This document shows, piece after piece, positions 51,235 to 64,000 of a stretch of DNA of 64,000 bases. This DNA comes from Owenia fusiformis. Its lineage: Eukaryota. How positions within the stretch are numbered: the stretch's first letter is position 1; the number at the start of each line of letters is the position of its first letter. A program made the translations under genes and the position numbers. Location of the stretch: the NCBI GenBank assembly GCA_903813345.2, contig CAIIXF020000001.1:33480001-33544000 (forward strand). The letters are read 5' to 3'. The notes under the pieces are model-generated. The model had not been told where the DNA came from. It saw only the letters and a program-made list of their open reading frames with translations, and did no database searches.

Positions 51235-52670
51235 AATTAGCTAAGTAAATAAACATGCGTCGACACAGTCGCAGTTGACTATGAAAAGTTCAATCATCAA
51301 TCTTATTTTTATTTTCTTGATTTAAAGATTTATTATGTTTAAAAAAGAAAATGTTTGATTTTTAAGTTCAACCTTTAATTCTTATTATCAAGAACGCGCA
51401 TGCAAATTCGCCAACCATGTACATTGCTTGCAGTCTGCGCAATTTAATGTAAATCATTGTATATTTTTCGATATACTGTAATACTATTCATTATTTGTAA
51501 AATTGAACCGAATATAATCTAAAATTAATCAGCTTTAAATACATTATATGTCATAAAAGTTGCCTTAAAACAATACAATTCGTGCGTTTGTAAATGCTCT
51601 AAAGCCCCGCTAGTATATGAACGAATCCTAAATAGAAATGAGTAAAATTCGTACCCATTAGTGTGTACACGTTCTACACCGAGACTTCTCCTTTAAATCA
51701 AATCAGTCCACCAGTATGAGTTAAGAATGGACAGAGGGACGGATGGCTTCATTCAATGGGATAATTAAGATATTTCAAAACCAGTGTCATTCTTCTATGC
51801 ATACATCACTCCAATCATAAAATAAAACAAGCTGTTTATTTTAAAACTATTCTTTACGAATTTATGATAAGTGTAAAATGTTCAATCATACAAATCGCAG
51901 TCAGTGATTGTTCTCTACACTCACCCCTCCCCCTTCCTGACATGAACTATTTTGTAAAACCATTGACAGTGTGGAAAGGATTCTTACACTCGAGTGTCAA
52001 GGGGGGGGGCAGTTACAGAAATATACAAGGCGATGGTTCAAATTGGACAATTTTCAATACTGTTCAACATGGTGAAAACTTCACGTTTTTAAAGAATGCT
52101 TGCCCTGCGAGTGGTTTGCTCTGGATTGCGAGAGAACAAAAACTTTGAGTTAGGATTTTTCCTAATACTATCATTAATCTAAACAACTTTTTAAACCTCC
52201 CTAAATCAAATATTTAAAATTTACAAATTTACTAGTGTACCGGGTGGGGAAACAAGTCTCCATCCAACCACTAAAGTTTAAATATACTATATACTATAGT
52301 GTCCCGTGAATTCATTATAATTATCTTAGACAATAGTGAAGTTAAGCGGTACAATCATTGGAGTGTTAATTAATCGGAATGCAAGTTTGATTTAAAATAA
52401 CTCCTTTGGATCAAATATTTAAATTCTACTAGAATGCGGGGAGTGGAAACAAGTCTCCATTCAAGCACTAAATATCAAAAGAAAGATTTCAGTACCCCTT
52501 AACTTCACTCCCGGACTTCACTATTCATCACCACCCTTCCCTCTTCCCCAAGTATCCCTTATGACCCCAGAATGTTCGTTTCTGTGCCCCCCCCCCCCCG
52601 TCCATGGCCAGTAAGTAATCTATGTGTATATTGGCTCCCTCCCAAAGGTGGGAAAACCAGATGCAGGCAT

Positions 52671-52947
52671 CAGGCCTGTCAACTGTCCCGCAATTTGCGT
52701 ATTTGTCACGCATTTGCTGAAGAATTTGAAGTCACGCCAGTTATTTTTGCGTGACAGAAAATGTCACGCAAATACGCATTTTACCTGGTAATTGTCAAGC
52801 AAAAAAATTTCTGTAGAAAAATTTCTAAAAAAGTTCGTCTACACAGCAAAAATACGAACGCCGAAAAAAAACGTACGCATTTCGTTCGGACTTTTCACGC
52901 GAATCACTAATATGTCACGCATTCCGTCCCGAAAATGTTCGTACCTA
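52671..52947 (+). mobile_element. MITE family A, 5' half
   Basis: Family A left end, truncated at cgtacct. Confidence 0.9.
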
Positions 52948-54589
52948 CGGGGATATTGCTGGAGCTTGAATAACAAATAAAAGGCATGTTCTTATTTCTG
53001 TATTCTGACCTTTGATTGTGTATTAAGTTGAGCTGCACGCCAAGCGTTAAGATTGTTAAAACGCTTAAAATAAAATTTTATTCCTCTCAATTTACATAAA
53101 AATGAAACATATTAGATTCGAATCTCAGTCACACCAGCACCACTGGTCAACGGAAGTACAAATATCTATATTAATCAAATGTCTGAGAATTTGATAACTG
53201 TCTGGGATCCAATGTTAAATTTTATTGAAGCAAACTAAGAAAAGTATAAAGATGAATTTTAAACGTTTAGAGGGAAAAGTCAAATATGCATTGTAACCCT
53301 AAAAATAATTCATTAAAGTGTCGTACACATTTATAACATTATATAAATAAAACAAATAAAGCACAACCCTAATGCCCTATAATGGATTATATTATCGGCG
53401 CTAAACGGCCCTTGCAATAAAAACGCATCGAAGCAGGGAATGCTTGGAAAATGCTTCCGAGACTGACTTTTCAAAAATGTTTATATGATGATTGCGTTTG
53501 CTTCTCACGAGTTCATTGAAACGTTCAGTCGTAAAACTTTAGAGATCAAAAGACTAATTAGGCACCTGATTGCGAAAGTTTGATTGCATTTCGATCGTCG
53601 GGATTTTACAAACGTATTGTTTAAGTAGCGATCGTGTTCTTGGAATCTTGATAACTTCCTATTTTAAGTTTTGGGTTGAAAGCAATGAGTATGTCGGACT
53701 TTCTCAAGTCCACATAATGAAACAATATCCCTTTATATTAGTCCAATCGGAATTTGCATAAACATACCAGTTTTATATTGCAAAAAGAACTGTAATTAAT
53801 AGCCTACATAAAAGCATCATGCTACATAAAACATTAAAGCATATATAAAGCCTATTGTTATCGCACCAATCGCACCCCCCCCCCCCCTCCTGGCTACGCC
53901 TATGGATATTTATGCAACTTTCACGTTTACACGGCGCCCTAATAATTCTTGCGCCCCCTCTAAATATCAGACCCGTCAGGCGTTGAGGCATTGATCAGGA
54001 TACCCTGACTCCCAAGCTGTGCGACTTCTGGCAACCGCTACATCTATATTCCCGGGGAAAACGCTTTTAGAAAAATTGTCAAATATGGTCGTGTGTGGGC
54101 AAACACCGAGGAGGAGGACAGGGGTGCGTGCATTGTGTGCGACCCTTCATCAGTTGTGTACCTTATTTTTTTATGAATTTCTTCCGAATAGTTATGCTAG
54201 AGGGGTTCTGATATTTATTTCTGTTTTCAAATGAAATAATTTCACCCTTGCCCGACTGACTTGTAGATAATGCACGAATCAAATAGCATGGGGATCAGAT
54301 AATCAGATTAATTCGTATTTTCGCAATCAGATGAATTAACTTATTGTTTTCTCTGATTAAAAGGCGGTTTGGAGCTACTTTTACAGGATTTGTAAATTCG
54401 CAATCAGACTGGCTTATTTTAATATTTAGTCAGTGCAAGAGGAGGGGACTATAAAGTAGAAAAAATTGTTTTGATTTCGACACTAACTGAATAATTTATC
54501 ACAATTGTTAAATAAGCAAACAGAAACAGGTTTAAAAATGAGAATAGAGGCAAAAAGTCTATACATAAAATGTAATTAAAACCCGGGAA

Positions 54590-55265
54590 TTAAAAGCAAT
54601 TTTAGACTGTTAGATGATCTCTTCTGTAATCAAGGTGATGTTGGTACACTTCCGCCGTTAGAAAAACAAAGACTAAGACAAAGACTATATAGCAATTAAT
54701 GCTTTTGTAATCATTAAATGTTAGATTCTTATTATTTTGTTGGACAATGTTCAGACTTCTGACCAAGATTAAATCATTTATGTTTGTATTTAATAAATAG
54801 TATTTCAATCAGACAGACGCTCTAATGAGTTAGAAAAATACATTTGTCCATTTCCTCTCAAGAAGTTTTCAAAGGTAATCAAGTCGATTTGTTTGAGTGT
54901 TTAGCATTGTTTTTCATAACTTGACGCTTCCATGAACAGAATGACTTTGAAATGAGTTTTTATAATTTTAGCTTTTATACGGACATGCTTATTGTATATT
55001 TCTATATGAACGTTGTAGTTATGTGATGTAACATCGCCCCCCCCCCCCAAATTACAGGTATACAAATTTTGGTCGGAATGCATTAACTTGCAATTAAAAG
55101 CAATTTTAGACTGTTAGATGATCTCTTATGTAATCTAGGTGATGTTGGTACACTTCCGCATTTAAGAAAACAAAGACTAAAACAAAGAGAACTAAGCAAT
55201 TAATCCTTTTGTTATCATTAAATGTTAGATTCTTATTTTTTATTGGACAATATTAAGACTTCTGT
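54590..55265. repeat. Local direct duplication, about 175 bp
   Basis: aattaaaagcaattttagactgttagatgatct... at about 54590 and 55093. Confidence 0.8.
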
Positions 55266-56645
55266 CTGCGATTGTTGTGCAGGTATGTGCATAAAATCAT
55301 GTGAACAACATTATCGTGGAATCTCCCATATTCATTCTCATAATGTCTTACAGCTATTTCGCAAATGACATAATCCTAAACAACATATGGACATAATATT
55401 GCAGAACTGAGCGAAAAGAAAGGTGGAACAAATCAGATTAAGATATTTTATTTTTGAAATGCACAAAGGGCAACAAAACTTAAAGGCGTTGTAAAATAGA
55501 TCGTGCTTTTATATGATCCCCTTCTATAGTACCCTACCCTTTGCATTTGTTCGACTTCACTTCTTAAATGAGAGTTTCGTCTTCTCGTAGTTTATAATTA
55601 GACTCTGCACGCAGCGTAATAGTGCCCCTATTATCCATGTTCATGTTCTCATTTGATTTTTCATCAGTTATGACTTGATAACATTTGCTCCGATTTTCAT
55701 TACGGCGCCCGGCCGATTGAGTATCTTGTTCAGAATTGAATACAATTTTGAACAAAATACTCATCGGCCGGGCGCCGGTGCTGAAAATCTGAGCAAATGT
55801 GACCACGGCATTATAAAAGCATACTCTTTAATACACGAACAGATTCAAAATGAGACTTTATCTATCAGAGAAATAAAAATGGAAAATTTGTATTCTGAAA
55901 ATATTAACTGATGCATTGGTTAGTATTAAATATTAAGTTTTACAGTCGGAAACCTCAAGGGGCGGGAAATTTGATGAAACAAAACGCTGGATTAATATGT
56001 GGACAACTTGCAAATGAAATGAAAGTAACATGACAGAACGAGTATGTACGCCCAATAAATACTTTTATAGTTTTAATGTGCATTCAAAGGACCCTGTTTG
56101 TTAAATTGATAGAAATGAATAGTTTTATTATCGGAAAAAACTGAGAAATATCTACCCGATTCGCCAGAATAGTCATCATCATATCAGTGCGAAAAATTAG
56201 CTATATTTATTTTCTATCCGATATACACCTGATATTGATAGCCTTCCACGATCATGGTCCGTTGACATCATCAACCTTGTGATTTGCCATAAGTGATTAA
56301 CCAACATTTTTTAATTAAAAGTCGGGGTTGACGTTTCTTGACTTTTCACACTTACATCAAAACATAATTTGAAAATAAAAGGCATAAAATGGCCATTAAA
56401 AGTACATTTTTGAACAAAAGTATCAACTTATATTACACTGCACGCAAATACAAAGTGAAAAGAACGTCTTCCCGGAGATTGAAATACGGATCGGTAAGTC
56501 AACAAATCTAACTGTTAAATAAACAAGCTTAGCCTATGTCTGCGATTGTTTGTCTGAGTGGCCAGATGTTATCCGTTTCGGATAATAAATTTCTGAGAAT
56601 ACTACTGATATCTAGAATACATCTTTCGTGATATTTTTCATAAAA

Positions 56646-57353
56646 CTACCCTTTGCATTCGTTTGACTTCACTTCTTTTAAAAGAGAGCTTCGTCTTAGT
56701 GTATACGTAGTTTAACTAGACTCTGCACGCAGGGTATCATAAAACAGGCATCTTAGCTGCAATTTTGAATAATAGCGTAATTCATAGTACAATGTAAATT
56801 AACCCGCCTCTGTTTAATTCAAATATGCATTACCCTTAAGATTTATATACTTAGACACCTTTTCATTCTTGATTCGGATTTTTATCTTGTCTTCATCTAA
56901 ATCTGTGGATTAATAACAGTTTTTAGTATACAAATTGAACATACAAAATGTAGCGTATTGATTACACGTTACAGTGGCGTAGCCAGCTTTCAGTCGGGGG
57001 GGGGGGGGGAAGGGGTGCGATCGTGGCATTAAAAATGTTTTTGAAGATTTGTTTTGAATTTTACAAAAATTGGTGCAACTTCGTTCAAAATCGAGCTAGA
57101 AGCTTCAAAAAAAGCATTTTAAGACTTTTCTCTTCTATCTAATGGTTCTATTTTCATTGGTTATGGAGGGGGGGGGGGTGCGACCGCATCCCATCGCATC
57201 CCCCTGGCTACGCCTATGCGCTATATTAATATAACAAGGTTATCAATATCATGCCAATAGTTACCCTGCGTGCAGAGTCTACATGTAGTTAAACTACAAG
57301 ACGAAGACGAAGCTCTATTTTAAGAAGTGAAGTCAAACGAATGCAAATGGTAG
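56646..57353. mobile_element. TIR element containing a family C MITE (56972-57218)
   Basis: ctaccctttgcattcgtttgacttcacttctt inverted at 57322-57353; inner CAGTGGCGTAGCCAG element with flanks cgtta/cgcta; third arm copy near 55535-55615. Confidence 0.75.
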
Positions 57354-57624
57354 CCAATAGTTAGATGGTTAACTAATATTAACACAAAATAATAATACAC
57401 GATAATCAAAAAAATAAACCTCGGTATTCGGGCCTAAAATCCAAGGATACGTGTACCATTACTTAAGTGTAAGCTGCAATACCATATCGGATACCTGTAC
57501 CATTACTCAATAATAACCACTAGTAAGACCATAATAACAAGCTTAATAACCATCTTATTACAATTTATTCCATACGATTTTGTCTTGTGTAAAATGTTCT
57601 AAACACCGTTACAATTTACACCAA

Positions 57625-57963
57625 GGGCCGTGAATTCGTATGATCCCCAATCCAATCAGGATTAATTTTATCTTTTGGGATAAATCTTGGATTACTAATC
57701 CGTTTAATATTTGGTGAATTCGTACGATCCGAGGATTATGAGGGGGAATCCCCAAGATTTATCCAATTTGCATTGGAATTCGGATAAAATTTATCCAAAA
57801 AGTAATCCACCTCAAGAGGTAGATTGAGATTTATCCTGAGATTAATCCCAGGATAGTACGAATTCACCGATTTTCGGATTAATTCTTGATTAATCCCACA
57901 ATGCATCATTACCATGACGAAATTTATCCGGATCGGATCGTGGATTGTACGAATTCACCGCCC
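57625..57963. mobile_element. GGG-ended MITE (PIF/Harbinger-like) in a family Z end
   Basis: gggccgtgaattcgta / tacgaattcaccgccc interrupting atttacacca|gatcttggtgtatac. Confidence 0.6.
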
Positions 57964-58133
57964 CAGATCTTGGTGTATACTTCGATGTTAACTTTACCTC
58001 AAGTAAATAGGTATTTACTAGCAGAAAGTAAACACTAGGTGTAAACTTTACTTATAAGGAGCACGTTGGTTATCGCAAAAAATTTCAAACGATTCTAACT
58101 TGAATTATGAATATTTTCTGATCATGAACATGG

Positions 58134-59135
58134 GGGTTTGTGTAAAAAACCGGGTGACCGGGTAACCGGGTAACCAGGTGACCGGGTACTTAACGTTCCT
58201 AGCAGGGTTAGGATTTTTTTTTATTTATAACGTTGGATCTGGACGATACATGTACGTTATTTTCGACGTCACCTTTTGAGGTTATTTCACATTGTAAGAA
58301 CGTTTTGACAACGTTAACTTTTAACGTTAAAATAATGTCGGTAATGAACCGATTTAGTGAGAACATATTGACGTCTTTGTAACGTTTCCTTGACTCACAA
58401 ATATTTTGAAGCCATTTCCTTAATGTTGAAATTTCAACCATCCATCTACGTTTTGCTGAATATTTAAATAACATCAGATCAATACGGTCCATGAACGTCA
58501 TTATTGACGTCACGTTTTGAGGTTATTTCAAATCGAAAAAACGTTTCGACAACGTTAAATTTTAACGTTAACAATACGTCGGAAATGAACCGACTTAGTG
58601 AGAACACAAAGTTTTTGTCATGTTTTTTTCCACCAACAAATATTTCGATATTAAAAGCCTGTTTTGACAACGTTGAATTTTAACGTTTGAGTTACATCAC
58701 ATATGGACCAAATTGGTAAAAAATCAAACGTTCCTGTTTTTTTATGTTTTCCACACTAACGAACTTTACGGACACGTTACACCAACGTTCTTTTTATACC
58801 ATCAATATATGTCTCATGTTTACGTTGCCTCGATGTGTAAAGAACGAAAATGTGCAACGTCTTCTAGGAACTTATATGCTACTTATGAGCAACGTGACAT
58901 GGATGTCACTGTTTGCTGGATCGATTATTTTAAAAAGTACTCTGTCTCGTATAGGGTAAAAATATCGAACAGGAGTGCACTCGGTAGGCTAAGTCTGTCA
59001 AGTCAATTCGCTACTATATATCGGGGGAAATGTGGAACTTTGAAAGTTGTTAACCCTGCTAGGAACGTTAGGTACCCGGCCAACCGGGTACCCGGTCAAC
59101 CGGGTACCCGGTTACTCGGTTTTTTACACAAACCC
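58134..59135 (-). mobile_element. MULE-like MITE, second copy
   Basis: Inverted homologue of 48742-49671; 9-bp TSD TGAACATGG. Confidence 0.92.
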
Positions 59136-59254
59136 TGAACATGGGTGTATCTTTTAGATCCATTCATTATCTTTAAGAAAAGTATATATAATGATAATTT
59201 AGTTAATCAGACCTAAGTGATATTGAAGGGGCAATGGACCAATCAACATACTTT

Positions 59255-60539
59255 TTATGTCCCCACCACATAGTGTGGGGCCATATTGTCGGCGCGTCCG
59301 TCCGTCCGTCTGTCTGTCTGTCTGTCTGTCCATCCGTACGTCCGGTAGTTTTCTCCAAAACCGCTACAGATATCACCTTCAAATTTTCAGGGATAACTAA
59401 GGAGTGCATACAGATGTGGACGAAATTTTTTTAGCTTGATACCTACTTCCTGTCGGCCATTTTGAAGTCAAATAATAAAATCCTTGTCTGCAAATTTTAA
59501 GAAAAACGGCTACACGGTTCCTTTTAAAACTTTAAGATCTTGTTCAGCTTACTTCATTCTACATCTGATTAGGTTTTGGAACTGTTAGCTCAGTCGTGGC
59601 AGCCATCTTGAATGTCTTAAGAAAAGTTAGCGCAATAATACTTTGTATCACATTGAACGGTGTTTTTGAGTTTTCATACTTAAACTATTTAGTAGCTTTA
59701 AAAATAATTTCAGGTGTACTTTGTTGTAGAAGCCTATGTTATTGTTAACAGTAGTTATATGTGATAATTTTGTAAAAAGAAATCAGCAAAAACTAATAAT
59801 CACTTTTTTATTGTCGGCCATTTTGGATTTTTCCATCCTAAAATCTTGTCTGTAGAGTCTTGTCTACGCGTTTTCAGGTGAACCATTTGGTAGATCAAAT
59901 TCAAATTTTCAGGGATGATTCTTAGTATGAAAATCTAGATCTGATTAGTTTTTTGGCATTCTGGGTAAATCTCAAGGCAGCCATTTTGGATTTTCCGTCC
60001 TAAAATCTTGTCTGTAAAGTCTTGTCTACGCGTTTTCAGGTGAACCATTTGGTAGATCAACTTCAAATTTTTAGGGATGATTCTTAGTATGAAAATCTAG
60101 ATCTAATCAGTTTTTTGGCATTCTAGGTAAATGTCAGGGCAGCCATTTTGGATTTTCCGTCCTAAAATCTTGCCTGTAAAGTCTTGTCTGTGTGTTTTCA
60201 GGTGAACTGTTCGGTAGATCAAAGTCAAATCAAGATTAGTTCTTTGGCATTCTGGGCAAATGTTAAGGCAGCCATTCTGGATTTTTCTGTCCTAAAATCT
60301 TGTCTGTGAAGTCTTGTTTACGCGTTTTCTGGTGTACTGTTTGACAGATCAATTTCAAATTTTCAGGGTTGGTTCTTAGTATGAAAATCTAAAGCTGACT
60401 AATTTTTAGGCATGCTGGGTAAATTTTAAGGTGGCCATTTTGCATTTACCGTCCCAAAATTGTAACGGTAAAGTCTTGTCTACTCATTTTCAGGATAACC
60501 CATTGTTGGGGACATATTGTACACATTTGTGTTCTTGTT
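59255..60539 (+). mobile_element. HINE family 2, complete
   Basis: subTIR TATGTCCCCA / TGGGGACATA, (GTCY)n, array of about 162 bp, 3' hairpin ACACA-tt-TGTGT, T-rich flanks. Confidence 0.9.
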
Positions 60540-61489
60540 CAAAAATGTTGACCTAATTTTCACCAAAAATTCAACCTTTTATTATATTGTTGGATGCATA
60601 ATTAGAATGTGCTTTGAGACATGTTCAATTTCCTAAAAAGAAAAGTTGATTGCTCCAGGGACTTTAAAGATACTGAATTTGGATGACCAAAATGAACTGA
60701 AACCAATGGATAGCATGAGATTTTTCAATGGAGAATTAACATGGGGATCACTTATCTTAAAGCAATTAAGTTTTTCTTTCAAGAACTATTTGACACATCA
60801 AAATAAAGAATAGTAATGCATTAAACATTGTAAAAATTTATTGCATTTTTGGTGAAAGTGGGGTCAACATCTTAAAAAAAGTATGTTGATGGGTTGATTG
60901 CTAGTTAAATATCTCTGAGTTTGTTTGACTTTATTATTACTGTGCATAATTTTTTTTGAGATAATGAATTGATCTAAAAGATAAACTTGTCTTCTTTGTC
61001 AGAAAATAGTCACAATCCAAGGTATAACCCTCTGAAATTGTTTGCGATAACCCACGTGCTCCTTTGTTAAAAGTGAAAACTGGGTGTAAATTAGACTCAG
61101 AAAAATCAAATATTGGTCAAGGTGTAAACTAAGTGTATACTTGACTTAATCTCAATTCCAAAACGAGGCTCATGCAGCCTCTCTTTCAATCAAAGCTGGC
61201 TTAGCCATTTTGGTTTTGGTAAGTCTTCACAAAATCCTATAACATCGGCCCTGATACAGTTTTACTTTATTTGATTTTGGTGTCAACTTTACCATAAGTT
61301 ATTAGTTGTACATTTGTTCCAGTTTCATCGTCATTGTTCATTTAGTTATACATTTTCTTAAGCTTCAAATTTCTTTTCAATATATTCATTGAATCTTTCT
61401 ACCTTTTGTGCTTGCCTGTTTGTTTTGATACTGCATCATCAGGCCTGTCAACTGTCCCGCAATTTGCGTATTTGTCACACATTTGCTCA

Positions 61490-62923
61490 CAGTACTGTCA
61501 ACCCCCAAAGATTTTCTCGCGGGACAGATTTTTTAGACCCAGTTCCAAAAATTCGCGGGATTTTGCGGGACATCCACCTAAATTTGCGGGATTTCGCGGG
61601 ACATTTAAGGGATTTGCGTGATTGCGCTAAAAGGTCAAATTTTGATCAAATTCGCGGGATTTCGCGGGGCCATTCGAGGGACAAACACGCTACTTGCAGG
61701 ACAATTAACAGGGTAACCACCAAAGACTTCAGAGAGGGATAATTTTTCTAGACAAAGTGCCCTAAATTCGCGGGATTTTGCGGGACATCCACCTTTGCGG
61801 GATGTCGCAGGACATTCAAGGGATTTTTAATGTAAAAGTACTCTTGAATCAAACTTTCAGATACTGATTTATCAAATATAATGCACTTAACTTAAGTAAA
61901 CGTCAACACAATTCCACACAATTCCACACAATACGCATAGAACTATTATTAAACTATCAAAAACCACGCTTTAGGTGTGAGTACCGTAATCCGACCCGAA
62001 ATTCAAAAATTCTTGTGAAAATTTTGCACTTATGGCGTTCGTGACCAACTATGAAACATTTACCCCCATAGTGTTATATATCAAAATGTACCTATTCGTA
62101 TAGGGCAGGCCTGTCAACTGTCCCCCCCCCCCCCCCCCCCCCCCCGTTGACGACAACGCGAGCGTAGCGAGCGCGAAAAATGTGAGGTGTTCAAAGTTTG
62201 GCAAATGTGCTCAAACTTTGGCTAAAGGTGTTTAAAAGTTGGCCAAAGGTGTTCAAAATTTGGACAAAAGTGTTCAGATTTGGACTTAGGTGTCCAACAT
62301 TTTGAAGTCACTCATATTAGGTGGTCCCAAGTTGACAGCCCTGATAGGGGTTCGATTATTCTACATCAAATTATGGGGAGTCAGGTTTCTTTTCGAGATA
62401 TCAGTGTCCATTTATATTTTGGAACTCGCGTTTGCTAACATTTGTTCAGTTCTGAGATGAAGGCCGTGACACGCGTAGTAAAAAGGCCAACGTTGGAACT
62501 AATCGTGACATACATGCCTTTTTCCGTAATTAAAATGAAATTTGCACTCTTCCTCTTTATTTTGATACCAAACGGCATGCTAGAAGCCAACTATGGTGTT
62601 ATTTGGATCAAAATCATAGTTTTATAAGTGTACTATATGCTCCTTCCAAAAGCAGTCTTCGATGATCTGATGCACTGGGAGTTCGGCAGCACTTTTCAAA
62701 TTAGGTAAACTTGACTCCTCAAAAGTGCAAAAACCTTAGCTTCTTATATCACAATATAATCACAATTATTTAGCCTCGGGGATTGTTACAATTTTGAAAA
62801 TTCGCGGAGGTCAAGGCCGTCATTTGCGGGAATTCGCGGGACATTGCGGGACACGCGAATAAGCCAAATTTTGGTCAAATTCGCGGGATAATCCCGCCAT
62901 TCGCGGGACACTTGACAGCTCTG
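61490..62923 (-). mobile_element. Family B element containing a family A derivative (62106-62343)
   Basis: CAGTACTG...CAGCTCTG with TSD TGCTCA; inner TSD ATAGGG, empty site at about 63550. Confidence 0.9.
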
Positions 62924-62927
62924 TGCT

Positions 62928-64000
62928 CAGTACTGTCAACCCCAAAAGATTTTCTCGCGGGACAGATTTTTTAGACCCAGTGCCAAAAATTTGCGGGATT
63001 TTGCGGGACATCCACCTAAATTCGCGGGATTTCGCGGGACATTTAAGGGATTTGCGTGATTGCGCTAAATAGGTAAAATTTTGATCAAATTAGCGGGATT
63101 TCGCGGGACCATTCGAAAGACAAGCACGCTAATTGCGGAACAGTTAACAGGATAACCACCAAAGACTTCATAGAGGGACAGATTTTTTAAGACAAAGTGC
63201 CCTAAATTCGCGGGATTTTGCGGGACATCCACCTTAATTTGCGGGATGCCACAGGACATTCAAGAGATTTGCGTGATTGGGGCTTAATGTAAAAGTACTC
63301 AAATCAACTTTCAGATACTGATTTATCAAATATAATGCACTTAACTTTAGTAAACGTCAACACAATTCTACACAATACGCATAGAAATATTATTAAACTA
63401 TCAAAAAAACACGCTTTAGGTGTGACGTAATCCAACACGAAATTCAAAAATTCTGAACAATACTTTGCACTTATGGCGTTCGTGACCTACTATGAAACAT
63501 TTACCCCCCCCTCCCCCCATAGTGTTATATATTAAAATGTACCTATTCATATAGGGGTTCGATTAATCTACATCAAATTATAGAGAGTCTGGTTTCTTTT
63601 CGAAATATCATTGTCCATTTATTGGAACTCACGTTTGCTAACATTTGCTCCTGAGATGAAGGCTGTGACACGCGTAGTAAAAAGGCCAATGTTGGAACTA
63701 TTCGTGACAAACATCCCAATTTTCGTAATTAAAATGAAAATGCACTCTCTTCCTCTTTATTTTGATACCAAATAACGGCATACTAGGTACTTGAGAAGCC
63801 AACTATGGAGTTATTTGGATCAAAATCACAGTTTTATGTGTATGCCCTTTCCAAAAGCAGTCTTCGATGATCGATGCACTAGGAGTTTGGCAGCACTTTT
63901 CATATTAGGTAAACTTTACTCCTCAAAAGCGAAAAAACTTAGCTTCTTATATCACAAGATAGTCACAATTATTTAGCCTCGGGGATTGTTACAATTTTGA
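62928..64000 (-). mobile_element. Second family B element, runs off the window
   Basis: Starts cagtactgtcaaccc and is colinear with 61490 onward. Confidence 0.9.

Larger units (their letters stand above)
58056..61064. mobile_element. AAGGAGCACG-ended TIR element hosting a MULE-like MITE and a HINE
   Basis: aaggagcacgttggttatcgcaaa / tttgcgataacccacgtgctcctt; family Z sequence on both sides. Confidence 0.75.

Noticed and set aside
53990..54160. GC-richer promoter-like patch
   Set aside because: No ORF, splice or clear core-promoter support; cannot be called from sequence alone.

Overview
AT-rich eukaryotic DNA, probably an invertebrate animal (inferred from the repeat repertoire; the species cannot be determined). 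No prokaryotic genes, rRNA or CRISPR arrays are visible. Most of the window is nested transposable elements whose ends and target-site duplications (TSDs) can often be read directly. (i) Two decayed non-LTR retrotransposons of the CR1/L2 group, one inserted in the other (23931-28240). (ii) Three families of Helentron-associated non-autonomous elements (HINE/DINE-1/pearl type) carrying GTCY microsatellites; two also carry satellite-like arrays. (iii) Many non-autonomous DNA transposons: CAG-ended families with 6-bp and 5-bp TSDs, MULE-like (9 bp), CACTA (3 bp), Ginger-like (CCGG), P-like (7 bp), Kolobok-like (TTAA) and a CAC-ended palindrome with a 5-bp TSD (Transib-like). Superfamily names are inferred from termini and TSD length only; no intact transposase is present. 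In the unique sequence, three to four plus-strand ATG-containing candidate exons all end in a phase-2 splice donor. This suggests the window is the 5' region of a large gene with alternative first coding exons; the gene is not identifiable here. Most short ORFs in the track are repeat-derived noise.
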